Of a stretch of 64,000 nucleotides of DNA, positions 1 to 13,832 are shown one piece after another (position 1 is the stretch's first letter; each line of letters opens with the position of its first letter). The notes under the pieces are model-generated. The model ran no database searches and was not told where the DNA came from. It saw only the letters and a list, made by a program, of their open reading frames with translations. Position numbers and translations under genes: made by a program. The DNA is taken from contig OZ024747.1 in assembly GCA_964016885.1 (NCBI GenBank), positions 68,634,001 through 68,698,000 of the forward strand, given 5' to 3'. Source of the stretch: Eledone cirrhosa (taxonomy: Eukaryota).

Positions 1-480
1 TTCAGACCTAGAGAGATGGACTCTGTCAGGTTTTTAAATGCCTTAGAAACACTGTATGTCAATATGGCACCTCTATGACTCCCTCAGGAGTTACAAGTCA
101 ATATTAATATTAATCAGGTGAATTACTAATATTCAGCTTAGCTCTGATTGAGCATATCTGTGATCAAAGGTATTCCAGCTGTAACTATCTTGTCTGTATT
201 TTTTCAGCATAAATTATCTAGGATTATATTATGTCCTATTTTTAATATGGCAGTATGTATTTTGTGAGACTTTTAACTGCTGTTTTTAGCTGGGCAGTGA
301 CAATGTAGAGGATCAATGTGTTTCAGTTTCATGCATTTGCATTGGTTATATTGGTTAATGGTATGAAATGTTTGTATGTTTTGATTAATACATTCCTCAT
401 AGATCAATGTGATATTTGTATTTATGTCTCAGTTTTCCAGATTTTATTTCAAATATGTGTGTATTTTATTATTGTCACAG

Positions 481-613
481 TTCACAGTCATCAGATGCCA
501 TGGAACATAAAGTTTTAAATTCTCCTATTCAAATTGGGTCTTTGAGTCTTAATACACATACTCAAGTTGTAGAGCCTCAAAGTATCTGGTTAACAAAGAA
601 AGAAAATGTTTCT
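481..613 (+). CDS. ABCF3: ABCF3 exon (SQSSDAMEHKVLNSPIQIGSL...KKENVS)
   Basis: Acceptor cacag at 476-480 (an alternative ag would give start 488), donor gtaagt at 614. Phase 0 into the next exon. VLNSPIQI resembles vertebrate LLDAPIQL. Confidence 0.75.
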
Positions 614-3600
614 GTAAGTATATGAATATGAAACATTTCCATAGCTTATTTTCAATGTGTACTATCTGTGCAAAAATTTCATGTAGTGGTATGAATTAGT
701 TGATCACAAGGAAGTGTGTCTACCATTTTGAGCTGGATCCTTCATTGAAGAAAGATAAAATGTTTAGTTGTTGTAGATGAAGCAATTAGTGCTTTATTAC
801 TAGTAACTGGTGCTTTATTACTAGATTCATCAACAGACATAAAGATCAGTATGAGCACAATGTGGTCACCAGATCTGACCTGACTTGTCTCATAATGCAA
901 GTGTGATATTGGGTTGATTCTTGCTCTATATCCCTTTCACACTTCCATTTAAACTTAGAGAGATGGGCTCTTATGTTTTTTATATATATAAAACATTTCA
1001 TGGTAGTGGCAAAAGATAATATTCTTGCATTTTCTTTGCAAAACTTTGAAAACTTATTTTACTGTCTGTAAACATTTTATCTTTCTCCATTGAAAGATTT
1101 TGCTTGAAATTTGAGATTTCTTCTCTCCCTTATGGCATAATTTATTCCACTTTGTAAACTTTTATATTTACTAATTGCTAACACAGATCTTCATTAGTTT
1201 GCTCTGATACTATTACTTCACTTTTTTATAATCCATAATATGATGGTGATCTTTAGCCCCAAGGTAGCTCTGGTTGAGCAGAACTATGATCAAAAGCTTT
1301 ACAGCTATTGCCATCTTGTCTGTGTTTTCAGCAACAATGTGTTCTTTTTTAAGATTATGGTGTGGTTTGAAGGATATACTGTTGCTATATCTAGCAGATC
1401 AAATGATAATGTATAAGCTCTCCAATTGGCTTGTTATTATCTGCTCCTTCTTTCTCAAACATATTTATACCTTCCATATTTTTAATTAAGGCCCAAACAT
1501 TGATCAATATTTGTTGATAAATTAATTTGGTAAGCTTTTATTGTTGAAATTGTGGATGTCTAACATATTCCCGTTTTAAATTTATATTGCAGCAAGTTGA
1601 CCAGAAAAAGTTAGAAAAGGCTGAAGCAAAACTCCAGAAGAAAAATGAGAAAAGAGCATCACAAACTACAACTGTTAAAAAAGTAACAAATGGGTAAGAA
1701 TTATAATATGTATATCGTGTTTTAATTCGAGTATGTGTTGGTTAATCACTGACACTTCAGTATGCAGGGTAGAGCATTCGATGAAGTGCGCAGGTGGGTC
1801 TGTTTACCTCAGAGTATATTTATAAACATGAAGTATAAGTCAACAGGTTAAAATTAACTCTGTTTATTCATAGTCACTCATCATCATCTTCGTTTAACGT
1901 CCGTTTTCCACGCTAGCATGTGTTAGATGGGAGTTGTCACACTTGAGGCAAGGCTGGTCAGGTGACCGTGTCTTGCTTATATAGGACTATCTGGCAGGTT
2001 TTCTACGGCTGGATGCCCTTCCTAACACCAACCTGTTATATATATTTTGGTGATAACCATTATGCAACAGCTATGACCTCATCAGACAGCTAATAGCTTC
2101 TACAGGACTAGAACTGTTTCATTCAAAAGAAATCATCAGGAAAGCTTGGTCTAATGGGTATAAATTTTTCTTTACAATCATGAGCGCCTACTTTGAGAAC
2201 CTCAGGTTTAGTTGAACAAGAAAGCATGACAAGTAGGGGGCTAGAGCAAACAATTACATGTGACAGACAGTTCAAAGAGTATGGTGATGTGGGAGAGATA
2301 ATAGTGGAGGCATTAACATGCTGCTGAAAATAGTCGTTAGACTGGTAGATATATCAATAAGGGGGATTGATAATTGTACGAGTTCTTATGTTCCTGCTAT
2401 AGTATTGACCTTAGTGAAATTTAAACTTGGAATATAGAAGAATATAAATATTCTTAAGTTTTACTATTTCTATCAGCTCATCCTTTTCAAAGTAAAAATA
2501 TTAGAAACTCATTAAAAAAATTTTTTGTATTGTTATTGATTGTCATATTCCAGGGCGGTGTATTGGCAGTATCGGTAGAGGGTCGGACGCCATGCTTTGC
2601 AGTGTAGAGTTACGGCCCTTTACGGCCTGAGTTCACATCCTGCCACGGTTAACTTTGCCTTTCAGCCTTAAGGGGTCGATAAAATAAAGCACCAGTAATG
2701 CACTGGGGAAATTGCTGGCCTTGTGCCAAAAGTAGAAACAATTAATTTTGAGAAACTGAAAACTATAAGATAAGCTTTCTAGAACTATATTACTGAAGTA
2801 TATTTTAAAATGTGATGTATTTTCCTTCTTGTTACAGCAGCAATTGTGAATTAGCATCAGCTTCCCAACAGTTAAACAGACGAGATACAAAGATGGATGC
2901 ATCAGGTAGCAACAAATCATATGATATTCGAATTGACAACTTTGATGTATCTTATGGAGAAAAGTTAGTATTTAATTTATTCTTTCATTTTAAATTTCAC
3001 ACCCGCTCCTCTAAAACATTCAATAGCAAAGTAACAATAAGATAAGCACTGTTCAAACCTAAGAAACCTGATAGCACTTCACCCCACTTAAACAAGAACA
3101 GCATATAACTAGAGCCCTCACAGTCTCTGAGAATTTCTCATTGTAAATGTTTGATGGTACTATATAGCCTAGCCATAGCCCACTGGCTAAAACTGAAATA
3201 CAAGTAAATAAAATTTTGATTTTATAACCTGTTAAACTCTTTTGCTCTATTATTTGCAATTTTTGAATTAAATTCTTTTTAACGTATTTTAAATGGATTT
3301 TTTTTTTTGTTATTTATTTAAAATTAAATCATATTTTAATTAAAATAGAAATTTGAAAATAAAGATTATAATTATTTTTAATAGTATCATTGTCAAAATG
3401 TCCTTTGAACTTTTCACCTTTATACTGTTCTGGTACAGACCATATTGTCATGAAGTCTCATTACATTGTGTATTTATTTAAACTGGACATGTTGATTGAG
3501 AAAAGGAAAACCGAGTTGAAAATATATGCCATTTCATTGTTGTTACGGCTCACACCTGCACAGGCTTAGCCAGCCTTTGATTAACTTGCATCTCATAGGA

Positions 3601-6106
3601 GGTTTCTTGGGTGTTTTAATGATAGGAGCCCTAGGCTTATATCATTTCACAATTGGATGATTATGAACCTTTTAAGCCGTAAGATTTATTTTGCTCCTTT
3701 AATTTACATATTGACAGTTTCCTAATTAGCAGTGAGGGAAGATGCTATGAAAGCATAGTAGCCAGGATAAGAACAAGCTGAAAGAAGTTTTGAAAACTAG
3801 TACTTTTACTGACAACAAAGAGCTTTTCTCATAGTAAAGAGCAGGCTTTATGATGCCTGCGTACAAACTATGTTACATATGAGTTCTGACTGTAGAAGAC
3901 CTACAAAGGATAGAAAGAAATGAAGTGAGCATACTCCAATGGGTGTGTAATGTTAGTGTACATCAACGATGTAGTGTAAGTTACCGTGATATTTTTGTGC
4001 TACTTGTATTCAAACAGAAACCTAAAAGCCAATGTGTACTGTTTGACATCCTTTACACTGTTACTACTGTTATAAAAAGTATTTCTGTAACGCTTATTAG
4101 CTGAATAAAGATTTTTTTCCAAAGTATTACTAAAAAAACAAAACAATTTCTTTTGATCATGCATACACATAACTTTAAAATGATATTATTCACATAATAT
4201 TTCTTTGAAAGTTCTGTTTTATTTTATAATGATGTATTTACTCTGTATTTGCAGGAGTCTTTTGACGGATGCTTCCATTCATTTAATATATGGTCGTCGG
4301 TATGGTTTTGTTGGGCGAAATGGATTGGGCAAGACAACTGTGTTACAAATGATATCTAGGTAATTTAAAATCTCATCATTTTATATATTTTCCTATTTAT
4401 AAAATTTCAGTTTTGAAGTATTGTATTCCAACTGGCAGGAGACCCAAGGGTAGTTTCTGAGCAAGATGATTGGATAATATCCATAATCTTGGCTGGTTTC
4501 GCTTGGAGATCCAACTGGATCAGTTGGAGATGGTTGCTTCTAACAGGATCTACTGGAAGGAGTGTTTGAGTGCTCTGCTCCCATGACCCTCTCAGGAATA
4601 AATGGGTGGAGAACAAGAAGAAGAATTGAATTCCTGACTTTAAAAAAAACACTTAGAAAAAAACAACTTCAAATGCATTGATTTATATTTAATATTGTAG
4701 TTTCGTGATAAAGGCTTTATCTCACATAATATCGAATCTATGAGATTTTAATGTTATTATTTATTTTGAGAACAATATCCTAACATCGATATGAGTGGCC
4801 GGTTATGGCTGGTTTGAACAGAAAGAGGTGAGAGAATTCTGGCCAGATACAACCGATTTTAATGCTAAAGAGTTAAAGACATTAAAATAAATTACTATAA
4901 CTTCACTGATGTTACTATGTTTTTTATTTCATTTGTTTTATGTTCTCAGTGGTCAACTGAAGATACCATCCCATATTTCAATTTTACATGTTGAACAAGA
5001 AGTTGTCGGTGATGATACAATAGCATTACAGAGTGTTCTAGAATCAGACCAAAGACGTGAAAACTTGTTGAAAGAAGAAAGGGAGATTAATGTAAAACTA
5101 CAGGAGAAGGAAGCGTATGTGATATGGATTACTTTTTTGTTTTTTGTAATTTTGCATATAGTGGTTTTGAGCTTGCACCACCACCATCATTTAATGTCCA
5201 CTTGATGATGGTGCAGGTGCAAACCTTTTAGAATTTTGCAAGGCCTTGTTTTGTATATGTGCATGTTATTTAGTCAAAAGTGAAGCCTGATCAAGGAGAC
5301 CTACAATCAAAGCTACTCCAACTATGGTGATCTTATCCAAATATATTTTATCTGTGACATTATCTATTGAATGTGTCCTTTCTTTTTTTAAAGATATGAG
5401 GGTTCATAGGCTGACCAAAGTGCTCATGGAATGTGACAAAATGATGTTTATTTTTCAATGTAGTCGCCCTTGTGGTCCACACATTTCTTCCATCGGTGTT
5501 GCAGTGCTTGGATCCCATTGGTGAAGAAGCTTTCATCCTTTTGGTCTAAAAAGTGATTAACAGCAGATATGAGATCATCATCACTGCAATACTGGTTCCC
5601 AGCCAAGTGTTTTGTCATGTTGGGGAATAGATGATTGCCAGATGAGGTCAAATTAGGAAAATTGGGAAGGTGATATACCAGTTCAAAGCCATAGTCACAC
5701 ACAGCAACCATTGAAACCAGGGACTTATGTGCTGGAGACGTGGGCCCTGTAAGCTGTAGTGAATGCAACCTGTCTAGGAGAGCAGTAACTCCAATTAAAG
5801 ACTACACAGAGTAGACATGGGTCCTGTAAGCCATAGTAAAAGCAACTCGTCTAGGAGAGTAGACACTCCAAAAAAAGAATACTAACACAGGGTGGAGAGG
5901 ATCCGTGAGTCCAGTAAGACAACCTTTCTAGTGCTGGTGGCACGAATAATACACCCAGTCCATGCTGTAAGGTGGTTGGTTATAGGAAAGACATCCAGCC
6001 AGAAAAATATGAGTGCGATAAATATGAACAGTATATATATCATCATCATCATCACCGTTTTACGTCCGTTCTTCCATGCTAGCATGGGTTAGACTGTATG
6101 TATATA

Positions 6107-6158
<52 letters not shown>

Positions 6159-6353
6159 GGAGATGTGGTAAGGAACCAGATGGACCATAACACACCAAAG
6201 TACTCAATACTTAGAGGGGTAATAGGAACGAGTAGGACCCCGATGGCTGAGCTCAAGCCGTTTCGACGGCTAATTCTGGACTAAAAAAAATTTTTTTAGT
6301 CCAGAATTAGCCGTCGAAACAGCTTGAGCTCAGCCGTCGGAGTCCTACTCGTT

Positions 6354-6392
<39 letters not shown>

Positions 6393-6576
6393 CGAAGGAA
6401 ATGTGGTAAGGAACCAGGTGGACCATAACGCACCAAAGTACTCAATACTTGAGGTAGTAGAGTGGGTAATAGGAACCAGTAAGACCCCGACAGCTGAGCT
6501 CAAGCCGTTTCGACGGCTAATTCCCTGAATTAGCCGTCGAACCGGCTTGAGCTCAGCTGTCGGGGTCTTACTGGTT

Positions 6577-6622
<46 letters not shown>

Positions 6623-9600
6623 ATTGAAATCAATATGACAAAACATAGTTTCAAGATAAATTCTTGGTCTGCAACTGTTTCATTCAGAGATCATATTGTT
6701 ATTTAACATGTAAACATATAATTGTTTCATGTTGTACTCTGTGATAGTTTTAATAAATATCCTATTTTCTCCAACAGGAATGATGGGAGTGACCTCCTTT
6801 CGGTTCGGCTCAGTGAAATTTATCATCAGTTGGAAGCAATTGATGCAGACAAGGCACCAGCAAAAGCTGCTGTTATTTTGGCTGGTCTAGGATTTACACC
6901 AAAAATGCAGTCAATGTGCACAAGGTTTGCGTGAAAAAGTTTTCTTTTAACCCTTTAGCATTTACATTACTCTATATATACAATTGTATTTTCATGGTAA
7001 AATATGAATACCACAAAGTATTCTATCTGACGATGTTTCTAATGAGGGTAAATTCTCTGCCTTTTTTTTATAGGTACACTTAAATTAAACATTCCTGATT
7101 TTCCAGTATATATTGTGTTATGTATAAAATTATTTATACAAATTTAGTTATAGAGGTCAGGCATATTGTGTGTCACCTTTTGAAGAATTTTTATGAAATA
7201 TAGAAACCTTTCTTCTCCATATAATACTGAAGAGTATTTGAACTCTTAGTACTTACAATAGTGGTTTCTTATATAGGCACAAGGCCAGCAATTTTGGGGG
7301 AGGGGAAAGTCGATTAAATCGACCCAGTGCGTGACTGGTACTTTATTTTATCGACCCCGTAAGGATGAAAGGCAAAGTTAACCTTGGCGAGATTTGAACT
7401 CGGATCATAAAGGGCCGTAACTCTATGCTGCAAAGCATGTTGTCCGACCCTCTACCAATACTGCCAATCCACTAGTGGCATATACTGAGTCATGGTATTT
7501 TTAGAAATTATGTTTATTTTTTTTTTTGATCTTCAATTGAAAGGACATGCTTGGATTAACTTTAAATAGATTTTAATAATTTCTATTCAAAAGTTGTTGC
7601 TGTAAATAAAGTTGATTACTAGAGTACAGGCCATGTTCTATTGATTTATTGAAATGGTCCGTAATTATGTATTGATTCATATGAAATCCACACTGTAATG
7701 TAGTTGGCGTTAAGAGGGTCATCCAGCTGTAGAAACCAAGCCAAAATACAGATCCATATGAGCAAGACATAATCACTTGATCTGACTTGTCTCATAACGT
7801 GACAACCCATGCTAGTGTGGAATAGATGTTAAATGATGATGATTTCTTGTGAAGTGGAGGAATAACATGATTTTTAAAAAAATTAATTTTTGTAGAGAAT
7901 TTTCTGGTGGTTGGCGTATGAGATTAGCACTTGCTAGAGCTCTGTTCTCAAAGTAAGTTAAATTTTTCTAATAATTATTACATTACATTATTCTTTCTTC
8001 TTTTGTCTAGTAGTCTTTGCTCTTTCACTCCTTTTCCTCTCATTTAGTGCATTTATAGTCCTTTCTAATGCTGCTCTATTTTTCTGTATGTTTATATAAC
8101 TCTAATACGAAATAAAATTGTTTATTATGTAATAAAAAGATTATTACATCCCTTCTCTATTTATATTGAAAGCAAATTTTAAGAAATTACAAACACAGAC
8201 CTTCTTGATTTTTATTATACTTTAACTCTTATTGGATTATAAATTCTTATGTTGAATCTTAAAAAATTTGTTAATTTCAATTGTGAAATTAGGGATTGCC
8301 TGTTAATGTAAATAAGATACAAATTAAAAATTAAAAAAAGAATAAAAGCTCAGTTTTAACACATGTCATTGAAAAGTAATAGAATTTTATGAAAAAGCAG
8401 TTTTAATAGTCTTTTGAGATATTGATTATTTTGAATTCTTTATGGTAGTAGTTCCCAAACTTATGTTGTGTGAACCTTATACAATTTTCTGAAAATCGCA
8501 GAGCTCATATCTGTATTTTATTGACAATCCTCACCAATCTAGTTTTAATTGAGCTGGTTAATGTAGTGTTATGAAATGAATGTAATTATCTCACAGTACA
8601 AAAGTAGAATGTTTATGTAAATCATATATTCTCTATTGCAGTGATCCACAAAGTAGGAAAAATAAATTTTAATTATTCTTTTTATGAATAAATTTTCTCA
8701 CTAAAACAATTTAGTCTTGTTCAAAATAAGGTAGTTGTAGGGGTTGTTTGTAAAATATATGTATGCAAAGAGGTTAGTGATAGGAAGGGCATCCAGCCAT
8801 AGAAAACCTGCCAAACAAGGGGTTGGGAGGATTCTTCAGCTCTGTCAAGGACATGGCAGCCTCTTTAGTGCTGGTGCCATGATAAAATGCCCTCAGTAGT
8901 ATGTGGAAAGATATGTGACAGGCTGTCATCCTGTGTAAGCACTCATTAGGCGTGCAGCAACTTAGATGAGATACAGGCTTCTGACCTACTGTGAAGTAGG
9001 GCCTTAACTTAAAGTACCAACCAGGTTTGCTGATGACCAGTCCAAGACTAGTTGGGAAAGCAGATGTTAAATGAAGGTAGTAATGATAATGTGGTTCCAT
9101 GATTTAGGGAAAATCATAAGAGTTCTGTAATAAAATAAGTTTGGGAATCACTGCTCTATTGTATTCCATTTATCAGTTAAATACATTTTAGACTTTGAGT
9201 ATTTCTATTGAAATATTCCACTGCTTATGTTTCAATTTATTTTGAAAAGTTTGAATGGATTTAGTAAAACAAATAACATCTCCACTACTCAGCTACTGTT
9301 TGAAGCAAACAAAAGTTCCTCACATAAAAAAAGCTATAATGGAATGTTTTAATTTAAATGTGGACACTTTAAAATAAGAGGTTTTATATTATAGAACTGA
9401 GTCGGCTTAAAATGATTTCTATGTTATTCTTTTGACATTTTTTTCAAAGTCTATTAAAAAACACTAGCAGAAAAACCATCCTTTTGGTGGTTTCTGCTGG
9501 CATGTGTAGTGTGCATATTGATATTATATGCAAATATACATGTATGTAGATATATGTCAAATAAAATCGTAAGTGACAATAGGCACAGAAATTGAAGAGA

Positions 9601-11823
9601 GACTATGTTACAGTGTCTTCTGTAATCAGTAAAGTAATCCATGATATATTTTAAAAAGTCGATATTATATATAAACTGCACTACAGTGAAATGTAATGAA
9701 AACGAAAAAGGAGAAAATTAGCGACAGAAATATAAACTTTATATAACGATGTAAATATATGAACGTTTACATAAGCGATGTGATGAGTGTTATGATATAA
9801 CAAACGCTAACCGGAAGTGTAGACATTTGAAAATTTTTTAAGAAGTGAATCTTAAAATAAGCAATCATTATAAATAAAAATATTTATGTTTAATCAACAG
9901 CTACGAAATGTAGTAGATACATTATGTAATATTCATTCATTATTTACTCAAAGTAATCTAACTTATTTTACTAACGAGATAAAAAAAATATATTCAGGAT
10001 ACAGTACCACACTCCTCCTTTTATTATATTATGATTTGGTATATTCTTGACATTGATTTATCTTATTTCTTTCTAGGCCTGATTTACTGTTGCTTGATGG
10101 TATGTTTCACTTTATTTTGTAAAGAGTTTTATTATTATTAATTTTTAACCCATCCTGCCACTGTCCCTTCATCTCTCACTGTTGCATACTTGAAGGCTGT
10201 TGTGCATTGTGTAGCTATGTAAAATAACCTATTGGTTACTACTCATAAAACATTAAATATAGCTATCATCATAATGTGAGACGAATGTCACAAACAGTTT
10301 TGCCTGGGTCCTTATATTTCATTTCATGGCTAGAAATGAATCATTTGTCTCTCAGCTAATAATGATAGGCCTCCAATGTCAAATAGAGTGAGACAACAAT
10401 TGACGTAACATCTCAGTCACATCTCTAAAACTTGTGGTCTCTGCACAAAATGGGAAAATGTTAGGAGACTTCTGCCACCAACTCACAACTGGTAGACAAA
10501 CAATAAGAACAGATTGAAGTATTACAAGGCAAACTCTCTTTCATTGTTGTTAACTCTTTAGCATTTACGTGTAGGTAACATGGTAAAAAGTTCCTAGTCC
10601 ACGCTGTAAATGTGGACTAGGAAAACCTGCCGAATAGTCCTATACGAGCGAGACACGGTCACCCGACCAATCTTGCCTCAAGTGAGACAACTCCCGTCTA
10701 ACCCATGCTAGCGTGGAAGATAGACATTAAAGGATGATGATGTTACTCTATATTTACTATTGTAATTTTGTGGAAAAGGCTTTACCTCACAATATTGAAT
10801 CTATGATATTTTGATATTATTTATTTTGACAACAATGCCTTAACATAAGTATGAGTGGTTGGTTACAGCTGGTTTGAACAGAAAGAAGTGAGAGAATTCT
10901 AGCCAGATATGACTGGTTTAAATGCTAAAGGGTTAAACTTTTAAACACTATATTTTACTTTACAGAACCTACAAACATGTTGGATATGAAAGCTATAATT
11001 TGGCTGGAAGATTATTTGCAGGTAATACATAAGAATATATCTATTTTTGTTACTGCTATTAATCTTATTCATTAGTAGATTGAAATGTGTACATTAGCCT
11101 GGTTTGTGAATTGAACCCATGACCTTGCCATCTGGAAACAAACACTCTAACCATTAGGCTATGCACCTTGGCATACACTCACACTATGCTTGGGCAAAAC
11201 ACGAATATTATCACAGCTGGAATACCTTTGATTGTAGTAGACCAACTGCTTACCAACACCAGTTTTACTACAGGAACCAGTTGCAAACCGGAAATGCATT
11301 GTTTTTTTTTTATTTATAGTTGTGCATGTATTGTATTTTCATGTTTTTCTGTTTAATCTTAATTTTGAAAATGTCAATGATTTAATTATAATATTGTTTG
11401 TAGAGGTGCATCAAATGAAAAGCTCTGATGTTCATTCTGAATGTATTATACTTGTCTATTCACTCCTAGACATGGGTATCAACAATTTTAGTTGTATCTC
11501 ACGACAGACAGTTCCTAAATGCAGTTGCCACAGATATCTTATACTTACATAGTGGTCGAATTGACACCTACAAAGGAAATTATGAAACATTTATGAAGAG
11601 TCGTGAAGATAGATTGAAAAACCAACAAAAAGAGTATGAAGCTCAACAGCAATACAGAGAACACATTCAGGTATGTGTGTATATACTTATATATAATTTT
11701 GTCCTGGCGCCCGATGAGAGACCAGTATCGAAATGGCTTCTCCACTATACAGTGGAAGCCATAACTGGACCCCAAAATCTAAGGTCGCGCATTCATGTTA
11801 AGTGTTTGAAATTTTAATTATAC

Positions 11824-11854
<31 letters not shown>

Positions 11855-12439
11855 ATAGTAATAATAATAATAAATACAAAGACCATAATCTCGAGAAGAC
11901 TCTATAAGGGTTGCTCTACAGGTTTATACATAAGTATGTATAAACCTGTAGAGCAAATATATATTATTAGCACAGTTTAAAAGTTTAAAATAGAATGATG
12001 TAATTAGATTTTTTTTTATTCTCTTTGCATATATTTCACTGTATCTCAAGAACGTTTTTACACGTTACCATTATCTTTTTCTATTTTTTTAAGGCAATAT
12101 TTATTCGTAATTTTTTGGGGAAATATTTGCAACTGCATCTGCAAATTGATATTTCTGAGTTTCAGAAGGTCTTCCATTAGGGTGAAAGCAGAAATTGTTT
12201 GCTTAAACTTTTAATCCTAACTAATAATATATTACTTGGACAGTCGGCTTCCTGATGATTTTTCCCGAATGAAACAGTTCTAGTCCTCTAGAAGCCATTT
12301 CTATATTAAATATGTATACTCTGCTATGTATTGAGTACCTTACTTACTGTGGCTACCCCCGATTGAACCCGGGATAAACTTTTATATATATATATAGTGA
12401 CGAAACATAAGCCAATTGTATGAACTCATACAATTATAT

Positions 12440-12470
<31 letters not shown>

Positions 12471-13772
12471 TGGTAAACATGCTGACTAAATGGGGTTGCA
12501 TATACAAAGCACCAATCAGTATATAATGCTGTTTGATTCAACCACTCAACGTCATGTTTTTTCTTACAAATATGATTTGTCAGTCAGTGACGTAATATTT
12601 TTAAGATAAGGAAAATGCAAAGTTCGATTGTGATGTTAATGGCCATGTTTATCATTTTGTTCCCTTTCTATATTTTATCACATGGATATAATAAGCACAA
12701 GTTTCTTTTTTCTTTTTTTTTTTAAATATTAATTCTTTATATAATGGATCTTTTTAATTAATATACTTCAATTTCTTTCAGGTTTTTATTGACCGATTTC
12801 GTTACAATGCTAACCGTGCTTCACAAGTACAAAGTAAACTTAAACTGCTTGAGAAACTGTAAGTAACATCTGTATTAGTTCACTTACTATCGCAATTATT
12901 ACTGTTTAATTTAATTCTTAAAAAAACATCTTACTCGATGTAAGATACCCCATCCTTTCTATTTCTCTCTGTTTCTAAATATATACAACTAAATATGAAA
13001 TTTTGAATCAAATGAAATGAACCATGTCGTAAACAAACTAAATAATTGAAGATGTATAGCTGGAGTTACTTCCCTTTAAAAGTATATTTATAAAGACTAG
13101 CAGAAAAACCACTCTTCGTGTGCTTTCCTGCTAGCATGTGTAGTGTGTATATTGATATTATACGCAAGTATATATATACATGTAGATATGATACATCAAA
13201 TAAAATCGTAATTGACAATATACACAAAAACTGAACGAAGACTGTTACACTGTCTTACGTAATCAGTAACGTAATCCATGATACATTAAAAAAAAACGAT
13301 ATTATATATAAACTGCATTAGGAGAAAATTAGTGACAGAAAATTAATGTTTATTTAAGCGATCGCCACCGGAAGTGTTGACATTTGAAAATTTTAAAGAA
13401 GTCAGTCACGAAATTTAGTAGATAAATTATGTAATATTCATTCATTATTTATTCAAAGTAATCCAACTTATTTTACTAATGGGATAAAAAATTATAAACC
13501 ATACACAGTCCTGCGCTTCTTACTTTATTATAGTTTAGATTCAGGTGTTGGTGCGAAAATATTTTTATTTAGATTTGATTCCCACTCTGGGATCACATTA
13601 TTGAGACTTCAGACTGTATTCCTTTTCTTTTTGTGTATATTTCAAAATGTCTGTTTTTCTGTCTGACTTTGAAATTTACATTACAAAAAAAACAGAGCAT
13701 ATTTGTGACTTTTATCTCTTTATATGTCAAAAAACATGTACACATATAGGACAGTTACTGCTAGATAGAGCA

Positions 13773-13832
<60 letters not shown>

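Noticed and set aside
1-29. Possible upstream ABCF3 exon end (FRPREMDSV, phase-compatible with 481)
   Set aside because: Weak donor (gttttt), and a similar CTTAGAGAGATGGGCTCT string recurs near 954-971, suggesting repeat-derived sequence.
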